DNA of 64,000 nucleotides, from the sequence record ON210139.1, one strand, 5' to 3'. Shown here one piece after another: positions 1 through 9,839 of the stretch. This DNA comes from Escherichia phage EC128. The notes beneath the pieces are model-generated. The model was given only the letters and a program-made list of their open reading frames with translations. It was not told the DNA's origin and did no database searches. Both the position numbers and the translations under genes were made by a program. How positions within the stretch are numbered: position 1 is the stretch's first letter; the number at the start of each line of letters is the position of its first letter.

Positions 1-741
1 ATAGGTCTTGAATATAAAAAGGCCAAAGCAAAAGGAATGACAGGAAAGCAATTTGCTGAAGAAAGAGGAATCAAATACTCTACGTTTACTTCAGCAATGT
101 CAAAATATGCTTCAGGAATTAAAACGGCTGAAAAGATTCAAAAGCTTGAATCAAAACCAATGAATAAACTCAATAAGCAAGAAAGACAACTGCTTATGAT
201 AAATTCATTCAGACAAACATTGCGTGATAAAATTCGTAATGAAGGTGCAGCAATTAATAATAAAACCAGAAAGTGGTTTGCTGAAACTATTAAGCAAGTA
301 AAAGGACATAAAGTTGTTCGCCCGCAGCCGGGACGAATATATGCTTTTGCTTATGATGCTAAACACAAGGAAACTCTTCCTTATTGGGATAAATTTCCTT
401 TGATAATTTACCTTGGTTTAGGTAAGCATAATTTAATGTACGGATTAAACTTGCACTATATTCCACCTAAAGCTCGTCAGCAATTCCTAGAAGAGCTTTT
501 AAAGCAATATGCAAATACACCTACTATTACTAATAAAACGAAATTAAAAATTGATTGGAGTCAAGTGAAAGGATTTAGGGGTGCAGACCAAATGATTAAG
601 GCATATATACCTGGTAATATTATGGGTAGCCTTGTTGAAATCGCCCCGAAAGATTGGGCGAACGTTGTGTTGATGCCACTCCAAAGCTTCTACTCAAAAG
701 GAAAACGTTTCTCTGCAAACAAAGTCTGGTCAAATATCTAA
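1..741 (+). CDS. 2: gp2-like DNA end-protector protein, 5' end cut by window edge
   Basis: Frame open from nt 1, stop 739-741; lies directly upstream of genes 3, 1, 57A as in T-even phages; assigned by synteny and size only. Confidence 0.5.
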   Translation: MGLEYKKAKAKGMTGKQFAEERGIKYSTFTSAMSKYASGIKTAEKIQKLESKPMNKLNKQERQLLMINSFRQTLRDKIRNEGAAINNKTRKWFAETIKQVKGHKVVRPQPGRIYAFAYDAKHKETLPYWDKFPLIIYLGLGKHNLMYGLNLHYIPPKARQQFLEELLKQYANTPTITNKTKLKIDWSQVKGFRGADQMIKAYIPGNIMGSLVEIAPKDWANVVLMPLQSFYSKGKRFSANKVWSNI

Positions 742-847
742 TTCTATTATCTTCCATTCTTTTCTGTTGTTTGTTCTAAATGGAATTGAATGGAAGGGAC
801 TTAGACCCATTATACCACCAACAGTTATAAAGCATTATGAGGAATAT

Positions 848-1378
848 ATGTCGCAAGCTCTGCAACAAATTTTTAACCAAGCAAATACAACTAACTTTGT
901 AGTATCAATACCACATAGTAATACTACATCTGCTTTTACTTTAAATGCTCAGTCAGTTCCTATTCCAGGAATTAGAATACCTGTTACTGATACCGTGACT
1001 GGGCCGTTTGGATTGGGCCGAGCACAACGTCCAGGTGTTACATTTGAGTATGATCCACTCATTGTGAGATTTATAGTTGATGAAGAACTTAAATCATGGA
1101 TAGGAATGTATGAATGGATGCTAGGAACTAGCAACTATCTTACAGGTGAAAATACTGCCCAAAAAACAGGTCCTGAGTACATTACGCTTTACATCTTAGA
1201 TAATAGCAAAACTGAAATCGTGATGTCAATAAATTTTTATAAGCCTTGGGTTTCTGACCTATCTGAAGTAGAATTTAGCTACACAGAAGATTCAGACCCG
1301 GCTTTAGTATGTACTGCAACGATTCCTTACACATATTTTCAAGTAGAAAAAGATGGAAAAATTATAGCAGAAGTTTAA
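848..1378 (+). CDS. 3: gp3-like tail completion / sheath stabiliser
   Basis: ATG at 848 preceded by GAGG gives a 176-aa product; ORF is open from a TTG at 767; position between 2 and 1. Confidence 0.5.
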   Translation: MSQALQQIFNQANTTNFVVSIPHSNTTSAFTLNAQSVPIPGIRIPVTDTVTGPFGLGRAQRPGVTFEYDPLIVRFIVDEELKSWIGMYEWMLGTSNYLTGENTAQKTGPEYITLYILDNSKTEIVMSINFYKPWVSDLSEVEFSYTEDSDPALVCTATIPYTYFQVEKDGKIIAEV

Positions 1379-1412
1379 TGCTTCAGTTTTGTGTGTTATA
1401 ATCTTAATTAAA
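1376..1412 (+). promoter_or_regulatory. middle-type promoter (MotA-box-like AATGCTTCA, then TATAAT about 11 nt downstream)
   Basis: tgcttca at 1379-1385 and tataat at 1397-1402, just upstream of gene 1. Confidence 0.4.
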
Positions 1413-1427
1413 TTTGAGGAGAAACAC

Positions 1428-2140
1428 ATGAAACTAATCTTTTTAAGCGGTGTAAAGCGTAGTGGAAAAGATACTACTGCTGATTTTATCATGAGCAATT
1501 ATTCTGCAGTTAAATACCAACTTGCTGGTCCTATTAAGGATGCATTGGCTTATGCATGGGGAGTATTTGCAGCAAACACTGACTATCCTTGCTTAACTCG
1601 TAAAGAGTTTGAAGGAATTGACTATGATCGTGAGACTAATTTAAATCTGACTAAATCAGAAGTAATCACGATTATGGAACAAGCATTTTGCTATCTTAAC
1701 GGTAAAAGCCCAATTAAAGGTGTGTTTGTTTTTGATGACGCAGTTAATTTCGTAGCATTTAACAAGATTGCTGACGTTATAAATAATATTGAAGATCAAT
1801 GGTCAGTCCGTCGTCTGATGCAAGCCCTAGGTACGGATTTGATTGTTAATAACTTCGACCGCATGTATTGGGTAAAATTATTTGCTTTAGATTATCTTGA
1901 TAAATTTAACTCAGGTTATGATTATTATATCGTTCCTGATACTCGTCAAGATCATGAAATGGATGCGGCTAGGGCGATGGGTGCTACAGTAATTCATGTA
2001 GTTCGTCCTGGTCAAAAATCCAATGATACTCATATTACAGAAGCTGGATTGCCAATTCGTGATGGCGATTTAGTAATTACAAACGATGGTTCTCTTGAAG
2101 AACTTTTTTCTAAAATTAAAAATACACTAAAGGTACTATA

Positions 2141-2141
<1 letters not shown>
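1428..2141 (+). CDS. 1: deoxynucleoside monophosphate kinase
   Basis: GGAG RBS then ATG; N-terminal MKLIFLSGVKRSGKDT phosphate-binding loop; size and position match T4 gp1. Confidence 0.85.
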
Positions 2142-2838
<697 letters not shown>

Positions 2839-2850
2839 TTTCACAAAGTT

Positions 2851-2888
2851 GTTTACATACTGATGAGGTAGTGATACTATTATCTCAT
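2851..2888 (+). promoter_or_regulatory. early promoter (GTTTAC -35, TGATACTAT -10 region)
   Basis: tttcacaaagttgtttaca motif shared with the promoter at 3217 and others. Confidence 0.55.
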
Positions 2889-2910
2889 CAAAATTAATTA
2901 GGAAAATAAA

Positions 2911-3198
2911 ATGAAAACTTTCAAAGAATTTACTTCTACAACTACCCCGGTTTCTACTATTACTGAAGCTACTCTTACTTCTGAAGTTATTAAAGCAAAT
3001 AAAGGACGAGAAGGTAAACCAATGATTAGTTTAGTTGATAGCGAAGAAATCAAAGGTACTGTTTACCTAGGTGATGGGTGGTCTGCTAAAAAGGATGGTG
3101 CTACAATCGTTATCTCTCCTGCTGAAGAAACTGCGTTGTTTAAAGCTAAACACATTTCTGCGGCACATCTCAAGATTATTGCTAAAAATCTTTTGTAA
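2911..3198 (+). CDS. ipI: internal protein I-like, capsid-targeted
   Basis: 95 aa; N-terminus MKTFKEF...TEA resembles the capsid targeting sequence cleaved after Glu; between 57B and tRNAs. Confidence 0.6.
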   Translation: MKTFKEFTSTTTPVSTITEATLTSEVIKANKGREGKPMISLVDSEEIKGTVYLGDGWSAKKDGATIVISPAEETALFKAKHISAAHLKIIAKNLL

Positions 3199-3216
3199 TA
3201 AATATTTCACAAAGTT

Positions 3217-3254
3217 GTTTACATAGGGTTTTAGTAGTGATACTATTACCCTAT
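3217..3254 (+). promoter_or_regulatory. early promoter
   Basis: Near-duplicate of promoter at 2851 (aatttcacaaagttgtttacata...gtgatactatta). Confidence 0.55.
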
Positions 3255-3274
3255 CAACTACTGAGGAGAATAAA

Positions 3275-3460
3275 ATGAAACGTTGTGAATTAATTCGAAA
3301 TGTTGCTATTGCAATTTCTGCTTCTGCTTTTAGTTTTTCAATGTTTGTTGGATTTATATGTGGATTATTAACTACAGCAGAAAATGTGTTTTCACTTGTA
3401 GTAGCATTTTTAATTGGTTTAATCGCTATCGTTATGGATAAAATTTCTAAAGGTGAATAG
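3275..3460 (+). CDS. small hydrophobic membrane protein
   Basis: 61 aa, GAGGAG RBS, two predicted TM helices. Confidence 0.5.
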   Translation: MKRCELIRNVAIAISASAFSFSMFVGFICGLLTTAENVFSLVVAFLIGLIAIVMDKISKGE

Positions 3461-3842
3461 AATGTATAAAGTGTATGCGGATTATCAGGCTAATCCATCT
3501 GAAAAGCCAGGTTGTCAAATTGGATGGGCTCATGATACTTTGCTTGAAGCAGTAGATGCTGCCCAAAAATTGGGATATAAATATGTAGAGATTGTTCAAC
3601 CGTCAGGAAAAGTTATTACTCTTGAAGAGTTCAATAATATTAAACCAAACTTTTTACTTTTTGCAGGTGATAATTATTATCCTCGTGGTGGATATGCTGA
3701 TTTAATCGCGAAAGCCGCTACCGAAGATGAACTTCGTGATATTATTAAAGAAAATGAAAATAAACCGATGTATGGTTCTAATCGTTTTGACTGGTGGCAA
3801 ATTGTAAATGCCCATACGCATACTATTGTTGATGAAGGTTGA
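3453..3842 (+). CDS. hypothetical protein
   Basis: 129-aa ORF, start overlaps upstream stop (translational coupling). Confidence 0.5.
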   Translation: MNRMYKVYADYQANPSEKPGCQIGWAHDTLLEAVDAAQKLGYKYVEIVQPSGKVITLEEFNNIKPNFLLFAGDNYYPRGGYADLIAKAATEDELRDIIKENENKPMYGSNRFDWWQIVNAHTHTIVDEG

Positions 3843-4132
3843 TAATGATTCTTTATGCGAAAGTATCATCCATTGAAAATGGATATAAATATGATCAAGA
3901 AGCAGCTAAAGCCTTGATTGATGATTATGGCATTTTAACATATTTTGAAGTTGAAAAGGTTTACATTGACCGTTCATCTTCTCAAGTTAAATTAGTAAAG
4001 GAAGACCGTAAATTTAATACAGTAAATTTTGATTTCTTTATTGAAACAGAAAAAGGTCCTCTTGAATATGATATTTTCAAGAATCCTTTGGGTCTTGAAT
4101 GCATCGTAAATATGTATTATCATAAATGGTAA
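3839..4132 (+). CDS. hypothetical protein
   Basis: 97-aa ORF coupled to upstream gene (ATGA overlap). Confidence 0.5.
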   Translation: MIMILYAKVSSIENGYKYDQEAAKALIDDYGILTYFEVEKVYIDRSSSQVKLVKEDRKFNTVNFDFFIETEKGPLEYDIFKNPLGLECIVNMYYHKW

Positions 4133-4229
4133 ATATGCTTTAAGAATTATTTGTTATTATTAACTCATATCGCACTGATTAATACCCTCTATCATCAAGG
4201 GTTCTTGCTTAAGAGCCTTTGTTAATAAT

Positions 4230-4302
4230 TGGGAATTAGCCAAGTTGGTAAGGCACTGGATTTTGATTCCAGGATGCAAAGGTTCGAGTCCTTTATTCCC
4301 AG
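4230..4302 (+). tRNA. tRNA-Gln (anticodon UUG)
   Basis: Cloverleaf: acceptor TGGGAAT/ATTCCCA, anticodon loop TTTTGAT, T-loop TTCGAGT. Confidence 0.85.
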
Positions 4303-4303
4303 C

Positions 4304-4390
4304 GCGAGAATGGTCAAATTGGTAAAGGCACAGCACTTAAAATGCTGCGGAATGATTTCCTTGTGGGTTCGAGTCCCACTTCTCGCACCA
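4304..4390 (+). tRNA. tRNA-Leu (anticodon UAA), long variable arm, CCA encoded
   Basis: Acceptor GCGAGAA/TTCTCGC, anticodon loop CTTAAAA, T-loop TTCGAGT, 3' ACCA. Confidence 0.85.
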
Positions 4391-4395
4391 AATTT

Positions 4396-4469
<74 letters not shown>

Positions 4470-4479
4470 ATTTAATTTA

Positions 4480-4553
4480 CTCCGTGTAGCTCAGTTTGGT
4501 AGAGCGTCTGCTTTGGGAGCAGAATGTCGTAGGTTCAAATCCTGCCACGGAGA
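4480..4553 (+). tRNA. tRNA-Pro (anticodon UGG)
   Basis: Acceptor CTCCGTG/CACGGAG, anticodon loop TTTGGGA, T-loop TTCAAAT. Confidence 0.8.
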
Positions 4554-4555
4554 CT

Positions 4556-4642
4556 GGAGGCGTGGCAGAGTGGTTTAATGCACCGGTCTTGAAAACCGGC
4601 AGTCGCTCCGGCGACTCATAGGTTCAAATCCTATCGCCTCCG
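4556..4642 (+). tRNA. tRNA-Ser (anticodon UGA), long variable arm
   Basis: Acceptor GGAGGCG/CGCCTCC, anticodon loop CTTGAAA, T-loop TTCAAAT. Confidence 0.8.
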
Positions 4643-4644
4643 TT

Positions 4645-4720
4645 GCTGATTTAGCTCAGTAGGTAGAGCAACTCACTTGTAATGAGAAGGTCGGCGGTTC
4701 GATTCCGTCAATCAGCACCA
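4645..4720 (+). tRNA. tRNA-Thr (anticodon UGU), CCA encoded
   Basis: Acceptor GCTGATT/AATCAGC, anticodon loop CTTGTAA, T-loop TTCGATT. Confidence 0.85.
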
Positions 4721-4721
4721 A

Positions 4722-4793
4722 GGCCCTGTAGCTGGAAGGTTCAAGCAAGCGACTCATAATCGCCAGATGGTGGTTCAATTCCACCCAGGGCCA
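4722..4793 (+). tRNA. tRNA-Ile (anticodon CAU, AUA-reading type)
   Basis: Acceptor GGCCCTG/CAGGGCC, anticodon loop CTCATAA, T-loop TTCAATT. Confidence 0.75.
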
Positions 4794-4834
4794 TATTTTG
4801 GGAACATAAATACTCTTAGAAATAGGAGATATTT

Positions 4835-5500
4835 ATGTTCCATTACACTTATAAAATAACAAATAAAATTAATAATAAAATTTATATTGGTGTGCATTCT
4901 ACCGAAAATTTAGATGATGGATATATGGGTTCTGGTAAATTATTAAAAAGAGCCCAAGATAAATATGGTATAGAAAATTTTTCTAAAGAAATATTAGAGT
5001 ATTTTGATGATAAAGAATCTATGCTTGAAGCCGAGAAAAATATTGTCACAGAAGAGTTTTTAAATAGACCAGATGTGTATAATTTAAAACTTGGCGGTGA
5101 AGGTGGATGGGACCATATAAATATTCCTGGGATGCTAAACCAGAAGAAAGACGCTAGTTTAAAAGGAGCTAAATCGTTTAAGTCACGTTTTAAAAATGAT
5201 ATTTTACTTCAAGAAAAATATCGTAAACATGGTTCAAATGTATTTAAACGCTTGTGGTCAACTCCTGAATACAGGGAAAAATTTTTAAATAATAGCAGAT
5301 TTTTAAATAAGCATCATACTCCTGAAACTATTAATAAAATGAAAGAATCTCACGCCAGAAATAAACACCAACAGGGCGAAAAGAATTCCCAATTTGGTAT
5401 GATGTGGATTCATTCATTAGATGAAAAAGTTTCTAAACGTATTAAGAAAACTGACCCAATTCCAGAAGGATGGTTTAAAGGTCGAAAAATGAAATTTTAA
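4835..5500 (+). CDS. segB: GIY-YIG homing endonuclease SegB-like
   Basis: 221 aa; N-terminal YTYKITNKINNKIYIGVHS...DGYMGSG; NUMOD-like basic repeats; inserted between tRNA-Ile and tRNA-Arg. Confidence 0.8.
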   Translation: MFHYTYKITNKINNKIYIGVHSTENLDDGYMGSGKLLKRAQDKYGIENFSKEILEYFDDKESMLEAEKNIVTEEFLNRPDVYNLKLGGEGGWDHINIPGMLNQKKDASLKGAKSFKSRFKNDILLQEKYRKHGSNVFKRLWSTPEYREKFLNNSRFLNKHHTPETINKMKESHARNKHQQGEKNSQFGMMWIHSLDEKVSKRIKKTDPIPEGWFKGRKMKF

Positions 5501-5503
5501 TTA

Positions 5504-5580
<77 letters not shown>

Positions 5581-5895
5581 AACAAGAAGCCGGGTCGCTA
5601 CCGGTAAGTCGTCGGACTGATGTTCCCTGAGTAAGGAATTGCGTTAATAATCTTTGCGTTTATTGATGCCCTCTTACATCACAGCAGAAACGGCGCACCG
5701 AATTATCGATTCGAGGAAATATCTTTGCCGTAAGCCGAGTAGCGTTTTTGACGGAACGTTCGGATATGGTCGAGATATGGCCTTTTAAAAATATTGAGTA
5801 GCGTCAACTACTTAATAACCGGGTTCAAGTCCCGGCGTTTCGTACAAACACTTGCCTTAGCAGGTGGAACCCCGACAAGGTTGCCGCAAGGCTTA
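5581..5895 (+). ncRNA. stable small RNA region downstream of tRNA-Arg (T4 RNA C / RNA D-like)
   Basis: GC-rich non-coding stretch with tRNA-like T-arm CCGGGTTCAAGTCCCGG, ending at a terminator; exact RNA ends not determined. Confidence 0.4.
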
Positions 5896-5922
5896 GCCCC
5901 GACCGAAAGGTTGGGGCTTTTT
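5896..5922 (+). terminator. rho-independent terminator
   Basis: GCCCCGACC-GAAA-GGTTGGGGC stem followed by TTTTT; near-identical copy at 6452. Confidence 0.7.
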
Positions 5923-5924
5923 AG

Positions 5925-5932
5925 TATAAATA
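5925..5932 (+). promoter_or_regulatory. late promoter TATAAATA
   Basis: Exact TATAAATA about 35 nt upstream of the 5969 start. Confidence 0.55.
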
Positions 5933-5968
5933 AGTATATTAAAACCACGATTTAAAACAGGAAATAAG

Positions 5969-6443
5969 ATGAAATCATATGCTCAATTTTTAAATGAAGC
6001 GGTGTTAAATGAAGCATCTAGCACCGAAATTCAAGCTGTCGCAAAAGCAGCCATTGCCGCGGGTAAATATTCCTATAAAGATGCTTCCGATGAATCGCGA
6101 TTCCAGTTCGCACGCGACATGAAAGCGGAAGGATTTACGGGAAATGCAGTTAGTATGGCCTGGAAAAGTTTAGTTGCTACTGGAGCTGCTTTTGCAAAGG
6201 CTTCAGGTAAACCTGCTCCTAAAGCAGATCCTAAAGCTGCACAAGAAAAAAAATATTGTTAAAGGAATTATCTCCAAATATGAAGCTATCCTTAAAGAGC
6301 TTTTAGTAATCAAAACTGAAGGCCAAAAGCTAGCTCGTGCTTATAGTTTCAAAGATAATCCGCATGCTCATGACCTAGAGTATGTTGAAGACATCCAAAA
6401 AATTATTAAAGACCGCATTTGGTCTGCTAAACAAATCAAATAA
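5969..6443 (+). CDS. internal-protein-like gene with capsid-targeting N-terminus, interrupted by a frame change at an A8 run (6246-6253)
   Basis: N-terminus MKSYAQFLNEA; frame A stops at 6260-6262; the next 64 sense codons (to 6443) are in another frame and contain no Met; one fewer A would fuse them. Confidence 0.5.
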
Positions 6444-6451
6444 CATTCTTA

Positions 6452-6478
6452 GCCCCGACCAAAAGGTTGGGGCTTTTG
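6452..6478 (+). terminator. rho-independent terminator (duplicate of 5896 hairpin)
   Basis: AGCCCCGACC-AAAA-GGTTGGGGCTTTT. Confidence 0.65.
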
Positions 6479-6590
6479 GTATCTAGGCCTTTCTGGGCCT
6501 CTCTAGGCATTATTTAGTTTCTACCCTTTATAATATATTATCCTATCTTTTAATTGCCCCTCCTGACCCTAGAATTCCCTAAAACTTTTT

Positions 6591-6672
6591 AAAAATTTTT
6601 TCACAAAACTGTTTACATCCCTGTTCTTCCATGGTACTATACAACTATCAACTACTGATACAGAAAACAACT
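6591..6672 (+). promoter_or_regulatory. early promoter inside a conserved cassette (copy A)
   Basis: aaaaattttttcacaaaactgtttaca...atggtactatacaactatcaactactgatacag; near-identical to 50011-50097 and 21347-21433. Confidence 0.6.
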
Positions 6673-6683
6673 TGGAGAACGAA

Positions 6684-6947
6684 ATGGATAATTACGGCGA
6701 ACTGTTCAACTTCTTTATGAAATGTGTTTCAGAAGATTTCGGTCGTACAGTGAATGATATTAAAGTTATCGGTCCTGATCATCCGATGTTTGAAACTTAT
6801 GCGGTAATGGGCAATGAAGACGGTCAGTGGTATACTGTAAAGGTTGTGATTAACATGTTCACTGCTGAAAGTTATGTTAAACTGTCTTCTAAAGTTTACC
6901 ATGATAACGACGAAATCGCAGAAGAATATTTCAATAATATGAAATAA
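6684..6947 (+). CDS. hypothetical acidic protein
   Basis: 87 aa from ATG 6684 with GGAG RBS; ORF open from TTG 6672. Confidence 0.5.
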   Translation: MDNYGELFNFFMKCVSEDFGRTVNDIKVIGPDHPMFETYAVMGNEDGQWYTVKVVINMFTAESYVKLSSKVYHDNDEIAEEYFNNMK

Positions 6948-6985
6948 GTTTACATAGGCTCATGATTGAGATATTATGAGCCTAT
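6948..6985 (+). promoter_or_regulatory. early promoter
   Basis: GTTTACA then GAGATATTAT; overlaps inverted repeat GGCTCAT...ATGAGCC. Confidence 0.5.
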
Positions 6986-7003
6986 ACAAATGAGGAAAAC
7001 ATT

Positions 7004-7339
7004 ATGAAACGTAACTTTAGTAAAGCTTTTTGTAATAGAAATAATTATCCTGAAGAGCTTTTTGAATCTAAGGAATTTAAAGAGTTTAACGAACGTTCTC
7101 AAAACATGCCTGTACAATGGGTGTTAGATTATGCCAATCGTATCTTTGAAGGTGTGCGGGATATTTGTCCTGATGATGAAACTCCTTATTTTAAAAAGGC
7201 TTGGGAACTCGTCAATCAAGCATATATCAATGCTTCAGAATCTTATAAAGGTACTGACGATGATTTTACTTTATTGGCTATCAATGATGCCGTTATCGAG
7301 GCCATTGACGTCTTTATCGATGAGATAGACGAAGAATAA
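7004..7339 (+). CDS. hypothetical acidic protein
   Basis: 111-aa ORF with GAGGAAAA RBS. Confidence 0.55.
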   Translation: MKRNFSKAFCNRNNYPEELFESKEFKEFNERSQNMPVQWVLDYANRIFEGVRDICPDDETPYFKKAWELVNQAYINASESYKGTDDDFTLLAINDAVIEAIDVFIDEIDEE

Positions 7340-7377
7340 GTTTACAATCTATTAAAAACGTGATATTATCTAATTGT
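7340..7377 (+). promoter_or_regulatory. early promoter
   Basis: GTTTACA ... TGATATTAT upstream of 7397. Confidence 0.5.
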
Positions 7378-7396
7378 ATCAATCTAAGGAAATACT

Positions 7397-7990
7397 ATGA
7401 ACACACTGAAGAAAATTGTTGAGTTTATTCGCACTAAACTTGGTTCTGCTATGGCTAAAAATCTATCTGTTGAAGAACAGTATACTGCTGCAGCAGCAAA
7501 ACTACTTGATAAGATTAAAGATCTAAAAACTGCTTCTGTTAAATCTATTAATGAAGAAAAGCGTATTCGTGAACTTATTGTCGAAAAGAATAAGCAGGCC
7601 GAATCAAAAGAGCGTGAAATTCGCAAGCTTCTTTCGGAAGGTCAAGATGTAACAATGCATGCTAAACTTGGTTTACTATATCGTCGAACAGCTGAGCAGT
7701 TGACTACTAAAGCTGATGGTTATGCTGAAATGCGAATTGAAATCGCCAAGAAAGTAGTTGAGTTAGATGATGCTCGCCAAGAACTTGCAGTTAAATTGGA
7801 ATATATCCGTGAAACTCGCGCCGCGAATGCCCTCGGAATTAGTACTGCCGATGATGTAGTTGAAATTGCAGCACTGACTAAGGTTGATATTGAAGATACT
7901 CTTGCTCGAGTTGAAACCTTTAATGGTAATATTTCTGGGGTTGAAACTACCTCTGCCGATGTCCAGGAATATATTAATTCTCTGAAATAA
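7397..7990 (+). CDS. coiled-coil hypothetical protein
   Basis: 197 aa, AAGGAAA RBS, heptad-rich. Confidence 0.55.
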
Positions 7991-7995
7991 TGATA

Positions 7996-8011
7996 AGGGG
8001 CTTCGGCCCCT
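7996..8011 (+). terminator. UUCG-tetraloop hairpin AGGGGCTTCGGCCCCT (terminator-like, weak U tract)
   Basis: Perfect 6-bp GC stem; identical 16-mer at 47142. Confidence 0.4.
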
Positions 8012-8031
8012 ATTACTTGGAGTAAATAGGA

Positions 8032-8637
8032 ATGAAAATGCAAAGTGATTTCAATTCAATGTTTGAAGAGTTCCAAAGACAGGTTGATGTTCCAGATCAA
8101 TTACTAAATGCTCTTAAACGTATGGCAGAAGGACGTAATTACTATTGGGGGTCTTCATACGAAACTGATGAAAGTCTTTCTGGATTTTATAAAGGTAAAA
8201 AGTCTTTAATACGTCCTGGAATACTCATTAAAAGTATTGAATCAATTCATTCATTGACGTGTGATTTTGATGTTGAATTTACTGATTTCATTTCTCCTGA
8301 ATGGACAGTTTGTTATTTAAATGACGATTATGATTATCTTGGCGTTTACAGTTTAAGTGACGCATGGTTTAAACGTAATTTACAAAAGTCAAATTTGTTC
8401 TATATTGATACTACGGTAAAATTTCAGGGAAAGAAATATTTCTTTACTCTTATAGTTGACTCTGAAACAAAATATGAAAATAAGCGTATTCTTAATAAAA
8501 AGAATATCTTAACTATCGTTGATGATCTTTTTGATAAATTCGTGGAAAATCCTAATTTTGAAAGCGATTTATTATTAGAAAAATTTGTTAAGGAATGTAG
8601 AGAATATGTCAAAGCCATCACTATACCTTCCAAGTAA
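8032..8637 (+). CDS. hypothetical protein
   Basis: 201-aa ORF; 3' end carries the conserved junction sequence that forms the next gene's RBS. Confidence 0.55.
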   Translation: MKMQSDFNSMFEEFQRQVDVPDQLLNALKRMAEGRNYYWGSSYETDESLSGFYKGKKSLIRPGILIKSIESIHSLTCDFDVEFTDFISPEWTVCYLNDDYDYLGVYSLSDAWFKRNLQKSNLFYIDTTVKFQGKKYFFTLIVDSETKYENKRILNKKNILTIVDDLFDKFVENPNFESDLLLEKFVKECREYVKAITIPSK

Positions 8638-8836
8638 ACCTGTGAAGTATGAACTAAAGCGTCAGCTAATTCCTACTGATGTATTAATAGGTCCTGTGAC
8701 AGCTATATCATTTGTAATTCTATTGGTTGTTGGAATGGTTATAGACTTTATGACTGATATTGAATCTGGCGTAATATTTTTGTTAGTATTAATTCTTCCA
8801 TTAGTAGTTCCATTTTTATTGGTACCTGTAAATTGA
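8606..8836 (+). CDS. small membrane protein ending at an in-frame TGA
   Basis: 76 aa with two hydrophobic helices; TGA at 8834-8836. Confidence 0.5.
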   Translation: MSKPSLYLPSKPVKYELKRQLIPTDVLIGPVTAISFVILLVVGMVIDFMTDIESGVIFLLVLILPLVVPFLLVPVN

Positions 8837-9001
8837 GTAGGATATTGGTATCAAGGAAGGCATTATCGTAAACGTGTACGTGAATGGAAAGCTCAGTGTA
8901 AAAAGATTAAAAAGGAACACCAGCTTAAATTAGATATGCATGAATTTAACGAAATTATGAAATTTGTTAAGGAATCACGATGCAAAAGCCAAAACTAAAT
9001 A
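8837..9001 (+). pseudogene. start-less open frame continuing in-frame after the TGA (readthrough extension or gene remnant)
   Basis: 54 sense codons in the same frame as 8606..8836, with a basic tail resembling the C-termini of the 8980 and 9351 products. Confidence 0.3.
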
Positions 9002-9354
9002 AAGTCAAATATTCTTTTTCTGAGTCATTTTTAATTTTTGCTGTGGCGTTGGCTGCAGCTCTTGCTGGTAGTCTTATTGGATTAATGATTGACTGTATTA
9101 TTTTAAACATCCGCAGTAATGTCAGCGGTATAGTAGATATAATAGAAGTTTGGAGTGAACTTCACTATACTAAAATTATTTCATTATTTTCATTCTTTGG
9201 TACCATGTTATATTTTCATTATGATAATTTTAAAATAAATTGGCAAAGAAAAAAAGATTACAAAATACAATTAAAAGAATATAATAGCTACATGTCTTAT
9301 ATTGAAAAAGAATCAATGGAAGAGTTTGTGAGTGATTGTAGGAAAATTAAATGA
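8980..9354 (+). CDS. small membrane protein
   Basis: 124 aa, N-terminal TM segments, C-terminal ...DCRKIK. Confidence 0.55.
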   Translation: MQKPKLNKVKYSFSESFLIFAVALAAALAGSLIGLMIDCIILNIRSNVSGIVDIIEVWSELHYTKIISLFSFFGTMLYFHYDNFKINWQRKKDYKIQLKEYNSYMSYIEKESMEEFVSDCRKIK

Positions 9355-9839
9355 TTTTAAAAACTCGCTGGTATGATTTAGATGATGGGGATGATGGCAT
9401 TTCAGTTGATAGAGTTGACTGGAATGGTTGTTCCGAAGATATGAAAAATTTGTTGATTAGGGAGTTTAGAATGGGATATCAAGCAGCTAAGCCATTTACT
9501 GTAACAGATGATAAGTTCGTATGTATTCAAAACGGTCGCGCTAAGTTAACGAACGCTGATTGGTTCACAGATAAAATTATGATTCTGTGGTATATTATTA
9601 GTCTTCCTGTGACATCATTCGTATTTTGCTTCTTTGGAGAAAGTCCAATGGACAAAACAGGAGATTGGGTTATTTTAACCATACTTGTTAATATTTTTAC
9701 AGCAGCAATATTATCTGGGATATGGTACACGTTCATTGAAATGCCATGGCGTTTACGCAGACAGCAAAAGATTTTTGATGAAAAGAAATATACTCAAAAT
9801 TTAAATAACTTTATCACTGAATGCAGGAAATTAAAATGA
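9351..9839 (+). CDS. membrane protein
   Basis: 162 aa, hydrophobic core, C-terminal ...ECRKLK; ATGA coupling. Confidence 0.55.
   Translation: MILKTRWYDLDDGDDGISVDRVDWNGCSEDMKNLLIREFRMGYQAAKPFTVTDDKFVCIQNGRAKLTNADWFTDKIMILWYIISLPVTSFVFCFFGESPMDKTGDWVILTILVNIFTAAILSGIWYTFIEMPWRLRRQQKIFDEKKYTQNLNNFITECRKLK

Noticed and set aside
5896-6478. CRISPR-like repeats
   Set aside because: The repeated hairpins and promoter cassettes are irregularly spaced, differ in length and flank genes; there is no repeat-spacer periodicity anywhere in the window.
7131-7328. Alternative-frame ORF 7131..7328 (+)
   Set aside because: Lies within the 7004..7339 gene in another frame, with no ribosome-binding site.
7720-8043. 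Minus-strand ORFs embedded in plus-strand genes (e.g. 7720..8043, 12287..12670, 44767..45183, 48321..48608, 53384..53671)
   Set aside because: Each lies inside a well-supported plus-strand gene; they are shadow frames with no ribosome-binding site of their own. Only 59056..59256, which sits in an intergenic gap with a strong SD, was kept.
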